Shown: positions 31,666 through 40,112 of the stretch, one piece after another
How the letters are laid out: every line of letters starts with the position of its first letter
Numbering within the stretch: the first letter of the stretch is position 1
Assembly (NCBI GenBank): GCA_963794325.1
Contig: CAWCDG010000004.1
Location: forward strand, 768,001-832,000
Direction: 5' to 3'
DNA from: an uncultured delta proteobacterium
Lineage (GTDB): Bacteria > Desulfobacterota > Binatia > Binatales > Binataceae
Length of the DNA: 64,000 nt
Translations under genes and position numbers: made by a program
The notes under the pieces: generated by a model
The model's input: the letters and a program-made list of their open reading frames with translations, nothing else
Databases searched by the model: none
Told to the model about the DNA's origin: nothing

Positions 31666-32127
31666 TCATTTCGCGCTCCCGGTCTGAGTCGCCTCCGGAT
31701 TCGGAGCAATCTCCGGTTCCTTCACGCAACTCTGTATCTCACTCTGCGCCTGGTCCGTGTCCACCGGGTTGAGATGCGGGACTCCCGTCAGCCAGCCCCA
31801 TCCAAGTTCTTCCCTGACGTAGTACGAGCGCCGCTCGGTGTCGAATTCGACTTCGTCGGTCTGGTCCGTCGTCATGCTGCAAACGACCTTCTGCCCGGCT
31901 GGAACGATGAACGCATGATAGCCGCCCGGACCGATTCGCGCGGTGTCCTCGCCGCAGGTTACCGCCGGACGAAGCGCCGACGATCCATAACTGTACGGCC
32001 GATACACGTAGATCACGGCATTGCCCGGTGGCGACGAGATCTTTTCGAAAGGCGTCCCCTGCACGGCGCATCCGATTGCCGTGGACGCGATCACGCCGAG
32101 CATCAATAACAGCAGCCCGCGATTCAT
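31666..32127 (-). CDS. lipoprotein, DUF2846-like
   Basis: Lipobox TAIGC followed by AVIYVYRP. Confidence 0.7.
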   Translation of the reverse strand: MNRGLLLLMLGVIASTAIGCAVQGTPFEKISSPPGNAVIYVYRPYSYGSSALRPAVTCGEDTARIGPGGYHAFIVPAGQKVVCSMTTDQTDEVEFDTERRSYYVREELGWGWLTGVPHLNPVDTDQAQSEIQSCVKEPEIAPNPEATQTGSAK

Positions 32128-32729
32128 GGTCCAGCGGATGTAGCCGGAGCTTTTCCGGCGCTGCCGACAGCTTTCGCCAGCCGCGCTTCATCGCTGTAGA
32201 TCTTCTGATCGATCCTTTGCCGCACTGCCGCGCGTGCAGCTTCGTCCACCTCGGCGTGGGTCACGTTGTGGTACATGTTGTACGACTCGGAGGCGTGCTC
32301 CTTGGCGGTGTAGTCGGCAAGAATCGTGTCGCCGTCGCTGATCGACAAGGACGCAAACGCCGTGACGCCGATATCGCCGAGCGGAGCACCGATCAGGTTG
32401 GCCGGATCGAGCGCGGAAATTGCCAGCGGCACGTGATAGTCGTCGTGCGTCAATTCCTCGCGATAGGTGAACGTCACCGGCGAGCTATCCGCCAGGGACA
32501 TCGCGATCGCCGGCGGCAGTTCATTGGGATCGCCGGAAAGCAGCTTGCCTTTGAACGGCAACGGATGAGCCGGCACATCGGCGACCTTGGGCGCAATCAC
32601 CAGTTGCGCGTGCGATTGATCCGCGACCCCGGTTTGCGATTGCGATTGCGCTTGGATCGATTGTTGGCTGCTACATCCGGACACGGCGATCGCAGCAAAA
32701 AGGACCGCGAGAACAAATTTATGTCTCAT
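32124..32729 (-). CDS. hypothetical lipoprotein
   Basis: MRHKFVLAVLFAAIAVSGC lipobox; ATGA-coupled to the next gene. Confidence 0.75.
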   Translation of the reverse strand: MRHKFVLAVLFAAIAVSGCSSQQSIQAQSQSQTGVADQSHAQLVIAPKVADVPAHPLPFKGKLLSGDPNELPPAIAMSLADSSPVTFTYREELTHDDYHVPLAISALDPANLIGAPLGDIGVTAFASLSISDGDTILADYTAKEHASESYNMYHNVTHAEVDEAARAAVRQRIDQKIYSDEARLAKAVGSAGKAPATSAGP

Positions 32730-32791
32730 GACCTGGCGGCGCTGCTTCTCTAAGAATCTCGCCGCGCCGTATCCAGATGATATCAGAAAAC

Positions 32792-33472
32792 TCAGCGCTC
32801 CTTGACGATGCCGCTGGCGACATAAACCGTCCCGCCCAGCATTTGTTCGACCCCCAGCTCTTGCAAAATACCCTCGAGATGGCTCCACGGGCGCGCCAGA
32901 CCCTCGAGCGTGCTGGTCGATCGCAACGCCGCGTTCCACACGAATAGATTCAGCGGCATCGTGCGGACCGGCGCCCACTTGAGTCCGGCCGCGACCACCC
33001 GCGCGCCCGGCTTCAGATAGCTGACGACGTTGGCGAGCGCCTTCGGCGTGCGCATTATGTCGTGCGTAAAATGGAACAGCGCGGCATCGGCGGCAATCGG
33101 GATCGCAGCCTCCTCGACCGAAGCCGAGATCAACTCGACGTTCTTCCAGCTATTCTCCTCCGCCCGCGCACGCGCCCGCTCGAGCATCTCAGGACTCTGC
33201 TCGATTCCGACGATCGAGCCTGTAGGGCCGACCAGTCCTTCGAGAGCCGTGAAGCTAAGCCCAGTGCCGCATCCGACGTCCAAAACGCGATCGCCCTTCT
33301 TCAGCCCCAACCGATCGATCGCCTGATGTCGAATAGGCTCGAACAACAACAGCTCGAGATCGTAGATCCGCGCGCGCGACCGATACTGCCGCAGCGCAGC
33401 CGACCGATTCGGCGTAAACAGCCGCGCAAATCTCTGAACCGGTTGCGATCGATCGTCAGGAGGATTGTCCAC
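32792..33472 (-). CDS. class I SAM-dependent methyltransferase
   Basis: VLDVGCGTG, GIEQSPEML. Confidence 0.88.
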   Translation of the reverse strand: MDNPPDDRSQPVQRFARLFTPNRSAALRQYRSRARIYDLELLLFEPIRHQAIDRLGLKKGDRVLDVGCGTGLSFTALEGLVGPTGSIVGIEQSPEMLERARARAEENSWKNVELISASVEEAAIPIAADAALFHFTHDIMRTPKALANVVSYLKPGARVVAAGLKWAPVRTMPLNLFVWNAALRSTSTLEGLARPWSHLEGILQELGVEQMLGGTVYVASGIVKER

Positions 33473-33534
33473 GCTCGATGCCTCGCCCTACGAAATATCA
33501 CGAAACCCCCGCGCCGTCGCGCTCGATTCCAGCG

Positions 33535-33620
33535 CCCTCACCCGTCGGACGACATGAATGTCGTCTGCCGACCTCTCCCGGTTTGCGGCTGGCGCCCGAG
33601 TCGCCAGCCGCGGGAGAGGT
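33535..33620. repeat. family B palindrome
   Basis: CCCTCACCCG...CCGACCTCTCCCG...CGGGAGAGGT, similar to the right arm of the 20021-20262 element. Confidence 0.7.
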
Positions 33621-33627
33621 AATTCAA

Positions 33628-33664
33628 GATCCGGGATTCTTCGCTACGCTCTAGAATGACACAA
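33628..33664. repeat. family C REP-like unit
   Basis: GATCCGGGATTCTTCGCTACGCTCTAGAATGACACAA, near-identical to 3348-3383. Confidence 0.75.
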
Positions 33665-33705
33665 AAAAATTCTAACAGGGGCGAAGCCCCGCATCTTGTC
33701 TTGAT

Positions 33706-33762
33706 ACCGGGTGCAGGGGTCACCCCTGCCGAAGGAAGCGTGAAACCCACCGCGGGTTTCAC
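33706..33762 (-). repeat. double-hairpin repeat family A, copy 5
   Basis: ACCGGGTGCAGGGGTCACCCCTGCCGAAGGAAGCGTGAAACCCACCGCGGGTTTCAC. Confidence 0.85.
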
Positions 33763-33837
33763 TTTAAAATCAAGTGATTTACCCTTCCCCCCATGCTCGC
33801 CAGCGAGCCGCGCTCACTTACTAGCCAGGCGCCGCCT

Positions 33838-34284
33838 TCACATCCCCTTGCCGCTCATGCGCAGGCGGCGGCCAGTCAAACGAACCCCCGTGGTTTCATC
33901 GACTACCACCGGACGCACTTCGCGGCCCGTTTCGTTGTCGACCAGAATCACCGGCGGACCGTCTTCGCCCCATAGCCAGTCGCTGCCCCATCGCCACATC
34001 GCGGCCAGCACGTCCCAAAACGCCTTGCCCTTGTCCGTCAGCCGATACTCGAAACGCGGAGGGCGATCCTCGTACGAGACTTTTTTCAGCAGCCCTTCAT
34101 CGACCAGCCGATCGAGCCGCCGGGCGAGCACTGCGCGCGGGACTTTCAGCGCGCGCTGGAAATCCTCGAAGCGGCGGCGTCCCAGGAACGCCTCGCGCAT
34201 CACGAGCGGCGTCCACCAATCGCCGACCAGGTCGGTGGTGCGCGCGATTGGGCACGGCCACTGATCGAACCGGGTTCGCCGCAT
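33838..34284 (-). CDS. HxlR family winged-helix regulator
   Basis: WPCPIARTTDLVGDWWTPLVMRE, PPRFEYRLTDKG. Confidence 0.92.
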   Translation of the reverse strand: MRRTRFDQWPCPIARTTDLVGDWWTPLVMREAFLGRRRFEDFQRALKVPRAVLARRLDRLVDEGLLKKVSYEDRPPRFEYRLTDKGKAFWDVLAAMWRWGSDWLWGEDGPPVILVDNETGREVRPVVVDETTGVRLTGRRLRMSGKGM

Positions 34285-36536
34285 CAGGCAACCGCCTCGA
34301 TTCGCGCCGGCACGTGCTTGTGAAATGGCGTGCCCGCGAACCAGTCGCGATCCTCGGTCACCGTAAGCTCGTTCGGCGCGACCCCGTGCTGAAATTCCTG
34401 TCCTTCGCGGTCGGGGTACCACAGTCCCGTTCCGTTCGGCAGCGCGACGTGCCCAGGCAGCATCGTATCCGTCAGCTCGACCACACTCTCCGCGCTCGCA
34501 CGCTTGGTCGTGATACGTACACGGCCGCCGCTTTGAACTCCAAGCGCGGCGGCGTCAGCCGGGTTCATCCAGAGCGCGCCCGCCGGATCCTTAGGACGCC
34601 AACCCGGATCGCGGATGATCGTGTTCGCGGTGCCGGATCGCCGCTGGCCCGCCGAGAGCACGAATGGAAATTCAGGATCGTGCGACGGCTGCTCGTCGCG
34701 CAGTGATTTGAGCTCAGGCATCAGCTCGCCGATAGTCAGATTGATCTTATTGTCGTGAATTCTGCGCCAGGTTTCTTCGTATGAATCGACACTGACCACG
34801 ACGCCCGATCGCTCTTTCAAAATCGCGTCGAACAGCGCGTTGCCGAGTGCCGGACCTTCTTCGATGAAGCCCGCGCGGCGCAACGACTCCGGATACCTGC
34901 GCGCGAAGTTTTGCGCGATACCGAACAGTGACGCCGCATTCTCGTTGCCCTTCCCCAGCGTCGGACCGAGAGTCTCATACAGCAGCACCGTTATTACTTC
35001 CCCCAGATGCGGCCGCTCGGACACGACTCGCATCAGCTCCATCGCGTAGGCGGCCCTGCCCTTGGCGGCCGCTGCGTGCAGAGGCGCAACGTCTTCATCG
35101 GTCATCGCGCCGATCGCGCGAACCAGCCGGCGATGGATTTCTCCCTCGGGCAGCGTTCCGGGAATCGGATCGAGAATCGGCGCGCGCAGCGTGAACGTAT
35201 TCGCGTAGTCCGTCTCGGTATGGAACGCCGCGCCGAAGAAAGTCGCTTCCCATTTTTCGTACTGCGACGACGCCGGCAGCACGTAGTGCGCCTCACGCGC
35301 GCTCTCGCTCATCGCAACGTCGATGACCACGACAAATTCCAGCGCCCGCAGCGCCTCGCGCATCCGCGTGCTGTCGGCGACCGAGTGCGCGGGATTTTCG
35401 CTTTCAATGAGCATCGCGCGGAACCGCTTGGGATGGTCCGTCAGGATTTCATCGGGGATCACGTTGGCCGGGATCATTCCGCCGATGATGCGATGCCCGC
35501 CGACCGGACTGGTCTGCGATGACAGCGCTCCGCCGAACATCCCGGTCAGACTGGTTCCCGCATTCATGCCGCCGCGCTTCCCGACGTTCCCGGTCACCGC
35601 GAACAGAAGTTTCTCCAGGTATGAGTTGAGGGTGCTATGCAGCGACTGCTCGATCCCTAAGTCTTCGTAAACCGAAACGCTCGACGCGCGCGCGATACGC
35701 CGGGCGACGTCGCGAACCAGCGCTTCGTCGAGGCCCGCCCGCGCACAATAATCCGCCACCGGAACGTCGCTCAGCGCCGCGAACAGTTCGTCGCTGTTTT
35801 GCGTGCGATCGCGAATGTAGTCGTGACTGATCAGATCCTCTTGCACCAGCACGCCGAGGATCGCTGAAAGACAGAACGCATCCGTGCCCGGACGCACTCT
35901 CAAATGGTAGTCGGCCATCTCCGCGGTCTCCGTGCGGCGCGGATCGATCACGACGAGCGCGCGGTTTGGGTCTGCCGCAATGTCGCGGAGAATCGGACGC
36001 GCGCGCTGGAAGCCATGCGACTGCCATGGATTCTTGCCGACGAATACCGCGACCTCCGCTTGCTGATAGCTTCCGCCGAGTCCCGTTCCGAAAAGCTGAT
36101 GGTCCACCCAGAACTCGCCGGTCTTTTCCTGCGCAAGAGCGTTGGAGCTGAACACCGAACCAAGCGCGCGGCGCGTCGACGCACCATAACTGCCGCACAG
36201 ATGATTGCCCTGTCCGCCGCCGCCGTAATAGAAGATGCTCGCGCCGCCGTGGGCATCCCGCACTTTCTTGAATCCCGTCGCGACCTCGGCAATCGCGGTG
36301 TCCCAATCGATTTCCTCGAAGCTGCCGTCGGGACGCCGCCGAAGCGGTGACGTCAGCCGGTCGCGCCCGTTCTGGTAGTAGTCGATTCGCTGCGCCTTCT
36401 CGCATGCGTAGCCCTTCGACGCGACGTGATCGCGATTTCCACGGACCCGAGTGATGCGACGCCCGTCGAGTTTTACTTCCACGCCGCAGTTCACGCTGCA
36501 CAGGATGCAAATAGTTTTCTGCCAGTCGTCGCTCAT
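34284..36536 (-). CDS. molybdopterin-dependent oxidoreductase (DMSO reductase superfamily)
   Basis: CILCSVNCG..C [4Fe-4S] motif, VIDPRRTETA, RPGTD, VLPASSQYEK, MNPADAAALG. Confidence 0.92.
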   Translation of the reverse strand: MSDDWQKTICILCSVNCGVEVKLDGRRITRVRGNRDHVASKGYACEKAQRIDYYQNGRDRLTSPLRRRPDGSFEEIDWDTAIAEVATGFKKVRDAHGGASIFYYGGGGQGNHLCGSYGASTRRALGSVFSSNALAQEKTGEFWVDHQLFGTGLGGSYQQAEVAVFVGKNPWQSHGFQRARPILRDIAADPNRALVVIDPRRTETAEMADYHLRVRPGTDAFCLSAILGVLVQEDLISHDYIRDRTQNSDELFAALSDVPVADYCARAGLDEALVRDVARRIARASSVSVYEDLGIEQSLHSTLNSYLEKLLFAVTGNVGKRGGMNAGTSLTGMFGGALSSQTSPVGGHRIIGGMIPANVIPDEILTDHPKRFRAMLIESENPAHSVADSTRMREALRALEFVVVIDVAMSESAREAHYVLPASSQYEKWEATFFGAAFHTETDYANTFTLRAPILDPIPGTLPEGEIHRRLVRAIGAMTDEDVAPLHAAAAKGRAAYAMELMRVVSERPHLGEVITVLLYETLGPTLGKGNENAASLFGIAQNFARRYPESLRRAGFIEEGPALGNALFDAILKERSGVVVSVDSYEETWRRIHDNKINLTIGELMPELKSLRDEQPSHDPEFPFVLSAGQRRSGTANTIIRDPGWRPKDPAGALWMNPADAAALGVQSGGRVRITTKRASAESVVELTDTMLPGHVALPNGTGLWYPDREGQEFQHGVAPNELTVTEDRDWFAGTPFHKHVPARIEAVA

Positions 36537-36555
36537 AGCGGGCCTCCCTGTATCC

Positions 36556-36599
36556 AGTTCATCTAAAGAACTACATAGTTCAACAAGAGAATGAACTAT
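36556..36599. promoter_or_regulatory. tandem inverted-repeat operators (probably HxlR)
   Basis: AGTTC-N7-GAACT (36556-36572) and ATAGTTCA-N9-TGAACTAT (36575-36599) upstream of the Mo enzyme-hxlR operon. Confidence 0.6.
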
Positions 36600-36689
36600 C
36601 TTTCAATTCCACGCAATCGGAAAAAATTCGGCCCGCCGGGTTCAAATCACGATCTACGGCTCCTTCCTTCCGGCCGCACTGAGATGAAC

Positions 36690-36785
36690 TGGCGGAGGGG
36701 GGAGGGAGTCGAACCCTCCGGCAACAATATTAGCCGCCAAGCCGGTTTTGAAGACCGGTGGGGCCACCGGGCCCCTTCCTCCTCC
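36690..36785 (-). tRNA. selC: tRNA-Sec (UCA)
   Basis: 8-bp acceptor stem (one A.C mismatch), 6-bp D stem GGGGCC/GGCCCC, CCGGT-CTTCAAA-ACCGG anticodon arm, long variable arm, GAGGG-TTCGACT-CCCTC, G discriminator plus CCA. Confidence 0.93.
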
Positions 36786-36964
36786 AGCCCTTGTTTATTA
36801 AGGGGTTACAGCGATTTGCACAACCTGAGAATCGGCTCGAGTGCCACTTACTGCCCACAATTTTCGGATTCGGTTTTCCGCAAAGGTCAGAAGCATGTAG
36901 CCTTGGCGATTCCGCCGGAACCTTTTGAGACTCCTGGCTGCCTCGCTACCTTGGTGGTTTGGTA

Positions 36965-38824
36965 ATGCTCGCGCCTCCACGTCAAGAGCGCTATATCATC
37001 GAGCAGGTTTTCAGCGAGATGCATCCATCGGAAGATCAGCTCCGGATCATGATCGATACCATGCCCGCACTGGCATGGTCCTGTCTGCCCGATGGCGCCA
37101 ATGAATTTACCAATAAGCGATGGCGCGATTATACCGGGCTTTCACAGGTCGAAGCTCTCGGGTTGGGATGGCAACGGACATTTCATCCGGACGATTTGGG
37201 AAAGGTCATGGAGAATTGGCGCGCCGTTCAGGCTTCCGGAGAACCGAGCGGGGCGGAAGCCCGCATGCGGCGGTTCGACGGAGAGTATCGCTGGTTCCTG
37301 ATTCGTGCCGAACCGGTTCGCGACCAGCACGGTAACATCGTCAGATGGTTCGGAACGAGTACGGATATCGAGGAGCTGAAGCGAGCCGAGAAGGAGCTTC
37401 GCGACCTAGTTGACTACGTTCCACAGCTCATCGTTATCCGTGAACCCGATGGACGCAGTCTATACGCCAACCGAGCTACCCTTGAGTATCTTGGCCGCAC
37501 CTTCGAGGAGTTTCTAGAACCAGGCTTTGATCAGACAGTGATCCATCCCGACGATTGGGACAAAGTGACGAGCGCGAGCCTGCGGGGCTCCCACCCTGTG
37601 CAGTTCGAACTCGAAGCACGAATGAAGGGGAAGGACGGCCTCTATCGCTGGTTTCTGTATCGCTTCAATCCTCTGCTGGACTGTGACGGACGCGTCCTTC
37701 GTTGGTTCGTGACGGGTACTGAAATCGAAGCTCTGAAACAAGCCGAAGAGAGGGCGCAGAATGAGAACCTGGCGCTACGTGAGGAAGTCGACAAGGCTTC
37801 GATGTTCGAGGAGATCGTCGGAAATTCGCCCACTCTGCGAGCGGTCTTAACTCGAGTCGCCAAGGTTGCGCCGACTGAATCCACGATCCTTATCGCCGGT
37901 GAGACCGGAACGGGTAAGGAGCTCATCGCCCGCGCGATCCACAAGCGATCGTTGCGATCCTCGCGCCCGTTCGTGAGCGTGAACTGTGCGGCGATCCCGC
38001 AATCGTTGATCGCCTCGGAGTTGTTCGGTCACGAGAAAGGAGCCTTCACTGGAGCGTCGCAGCGCCGTCTTGGCCGCTTCGAGATGGCCGAGGGCGGTAC
38101 GCTGTTCCTCGACGAGGTCGGCGAGCTTCCCACCGAGACCCAGATTGCTCTTCTACGCGTACTTCAGGATCGTCAGTTCGAGCGTGTCGGCGGTAATCAG
38201 CCAATTCGAGCAGACGTCCGAGTGATCTCCGCCACTAATCGGGATCTAAAAGCCGCGATGGCAACTGGCGCTTTTCGCAGCGACCTGTTCTATCGCTTGA
38301 ACGTATTTCCCATCGAGATTCCTCCTCTCCGGGAAAGGACGGACGATATTCCGATCCTGGTCGAGTACTTCATCGACCGCTACGCGACCGAAGCGGGGAA
38401 AAAAATACGCTATGTCAGCAAAGAGAGCATGGAACTGCTTCAGTCCTATCCCTGGCCCGGCAACGTTCGCGAGCTGCAGAATGTAATCGAGCGCTCAGTG
38501 ATCCTTTGCGAAACGGAAACGTTTTCAGTCGACGAGAGTTGGCTGTCCCACGACACTGATCGGACCGTGCCCGCGAGCCAGCCGCTAGTCCAAATGCTCG
38601 CGACCCAGGAAAAGGCGTTGATCGAAACAGCGTTGGCTGAAACACGCGGCCAAGTGTCCGGCCCCACGGGTGCTGCTGCGAAACTCAGCATGCGTCCGTC
38701 CACGCTGGAATCCAAGATCAGAACACTTAAGATCAACAAACACCGCTTCAAAGCCCCTAGCGAGGGTCCATCTGAGTCCTCGCAATCCACTCGCGGAGGT
38801 AGGCGGGGCAATTTTCGAATTTGA
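36965..38824 (+). CDS. PAS-PAS sigma54-dependent activator (FhlA-like C-terminus)
   Basis: Two PAS/PAC units (HPDD..., DG.YRWFL), GETGTGKE, GHEKGAFTGA, WPGNVRELQN, SGPTGAAAKL HTH. Confidence 0.93.
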   Translation: MLAPPRQERYIIEQVFSEMHPSEDQLRIMIDTMPALAWSCLPDGANEFTNKRWRDYTGLSQVEALGLGWQRTFHPDDLGKVMENWRAVQASGEPSGAEARMRRFDGEYRWFLIRAEPVRDQHGNIVRWFGTSTDIEELKRAEKELRDLVDYVPQLIVIREPDGRSLYANRATLEYLGRTFEEFLEPGFDQTVIHPDDWDKVTSASLRGSHPVQFELEARMKGKDGLYRWFLYRFNPLLDCDGRVLRWFVTGTEIEALKQAEERAQNENLALREEVDKASMFEEIVGNSPTLRAVLTRVAKVAPTESTILIAGETGTGKELIARAIHKRSLRSSRPFVSVNCAAIPQSLIASELFGHEKGAFTGASQRRLGRFEMAEGGTLFLDEVGELPTETQIALLRVLQDRQFERVGGNQPIRADVRVISATNRDLKAAMATGAFRSDLFYRLNVFPIEIPPLRERTDDIPILVEYFIDRYATEAGKKIRYVSKESMELLQSYPWPGNVRELQNVIERSVILCETETFSVDESWLSHDTDRTVPASQPLVQMLATQEKALIETALAETRGQVSGPTGAAAKLSMRPSTLESKIRTLKINKHRFKAPSEGPSESSQSTRGGRRGNFRI

Positions 38825-39020
38825 TGCCATCTGCATTCCAGCGCGCGAGTTCCGCCACCACTTCCCGATCGACGCGCTTCACCTCTCGGAGATCCAAAAC
38901 GGTTGGCAGAGCCTCTCCATCGAATGCCACTTGCAACTCCGTGGCATGCTCGGCGTCGATATGGCCACTGAGTGTGAAGAGCACGAAGTCAGGGTTCGCA
39001 GACCTTACGATCTTCAGCAT
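38757..39020 (-). CDS. small STAS-like protein
   Basis: MLKI...FTLSGHI...VLDLREVKRVDREVV...CPAYLREWI; has its own sigma54 promoter. Confidence 0.75.
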   Translation of the reverse strand: MLKIVRSANPDFVLFTLSGHIDAEHATELQVAFDGEALPTVLDLREVKRVDREVVAELARWNADGIKFENCPAYLREWIARTQMDPR

Positions 39021-39093
39021 CGATTTTTTCTCGCGCGGCAGGCTCGGATAACTTGATTGTGGAGTTCTTCACGAGCTTCGCGGGCACTCGTAG

Positions 39094-39109
39094 AGCCAGA
39101 TACGTGCCA
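39094..39109 (-). promoter_or_regulatory. sigma54 -24/-12 promoter (leftward)
   Basis: TGGCACGTATCTGGCT = GG-N10-GC. Confidence 0.7.
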
Positions 39110-39189
39110 CGGCCCGCTCCCGGGCAAAACGTCTCACTTCGGCCAGACATCACAGCGCCGCGACAATAACGATCGCAACCGAAGGTCGT

Positions 39190-39215
39190 GAGTTTTCGAG
39201 AATTCGCGAAAACTC
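39190..39215. promoter_or_regulatory. palindromic upstream activator sequence
   Basis: GAGTTTTCGAGAATTCGCGAAAACTC, a 26-bp palindrome with one mismatched pair, midway between two sigma54 promoters. Confidence 0.6.
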
Positions 39216-39284
39216 GCGAATGAGTGTTCGCGGCGACGCAGAGGCAAAGCTCGATAATCAAGGATGTGTGGCGTGCATAGCGAC

Positions 39285-39300
39285 GGGTACGACGCTTGCA
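39285..39300 (+). promoter_or_regulatory. sigma54 -24/-12 promoter (rightward), with an IHF-like site at 39256-39268
   Basis: GGGTACGACGCTTGCA = GG-N10-GC; AATCAAGGATGTG has one mismatch to WATCAANNNNTTR. Confidence 0.72.
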
Positions 39301-39359
39301 CACACCCCTCTCGCCTGTCGCAACGATCAGACTTAACTCACTCAGAATAGGAGTCGCTC

Positions 39360-40055
39360 ATGTCTAAGATGAAGCGCAGCGAGAAAGGACTGCTGACCCC
39401 GGATAATTGCGTGGTCGCGCTGATCGACCATCAGCCTCAGATGCTCTTTGGAGTTTCCAATTTCGACCGCCAATCGATCATCAACAACACCGTCGCGCTA
39501 GCGAAAGCGGCAAGGGTATTCTCTCTCCCAGTTGTCCTCAGCACGGTGGAAAGCAAGAGTTTCAGCGGAAATATCTGGCCGCAGATCAAGGCTGTCTTTC
39601 CGAACCAGGTCCCCATCGAGCGAACTTCTATGGATGCCTGGGATGACAAGAACTTCGTTGCCGCGATCGAAAAGAGCGGCCGGAAAAAGATCGTTTTGGC
39701 GGGACTTTGGACGGAAACCTGCGTCGCGCTGCCAACCATCCAGGCCATTCACGACGGCTACGAAATCTATGTGGTCGAAGATTGCTGCGGCGACGTGAGC
39801 CAACTTAATCACGACAATGCGATGAAGCGTGTGATCCAGGCCGGCGCCAAACCCGTTACCGCACTATCCGTGATGCTCGAATGGCAGCGCGATTGGGCAG
39901 AGACAGACACATACGACGCGGTCATGGACATCGTGAAGACTCACTGTGGCGCCTACGGCGTCGGCGTCGAGTATGCATACACAATGATACACGGACTTCC
40001 GCCGACGCAGTTAGCCGCATACGTCGTTCCGCAGGCCCCGGCGAAGCAAAAGTAA
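39360..40055 (+). CDS. YcaC-like isochorismatase-family cysteine hydrolase
   Basis: LIDHQPQM, IERTSMDAWDD, GLWTETCV, LEWQRDWA. Confidence 0.92.
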   Translation: MSKMKRSEKGLLTPDNCVVALIDHQPQMLFGVSNFDRQSIINNTVALAKAARVFSLPVVLSTVESKSFSGNIWPQIKAVFPNQVPIERTSMDAWDDKNFVAAIEKSGRKKIVLAGLWTETCVALPTIQAIHDGYEIYVVEDCCGDVSQLNHDNAMKRVIQAGAKPVTALSVMLEWQRDWAETDTYDAVMDIVKTHCGAYGVGVEYAYTMIHGLPPTQLAAYVVPQAPAKQK

Positions 40056-40112
40056 CAACACGGCCGGTGTTCGCGTTCTCAATCACGAGCAAGGTGAGAA
40101 GAGGAGCAGCGT

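Noticed and set aside
34284-36536. Possible selenoprotein next to tRNA-Sec
   Set aside because: No in-frame UGA in the ORF; the breaks I found in other genes are frameshifts or deletions, not UGA read-through candidates
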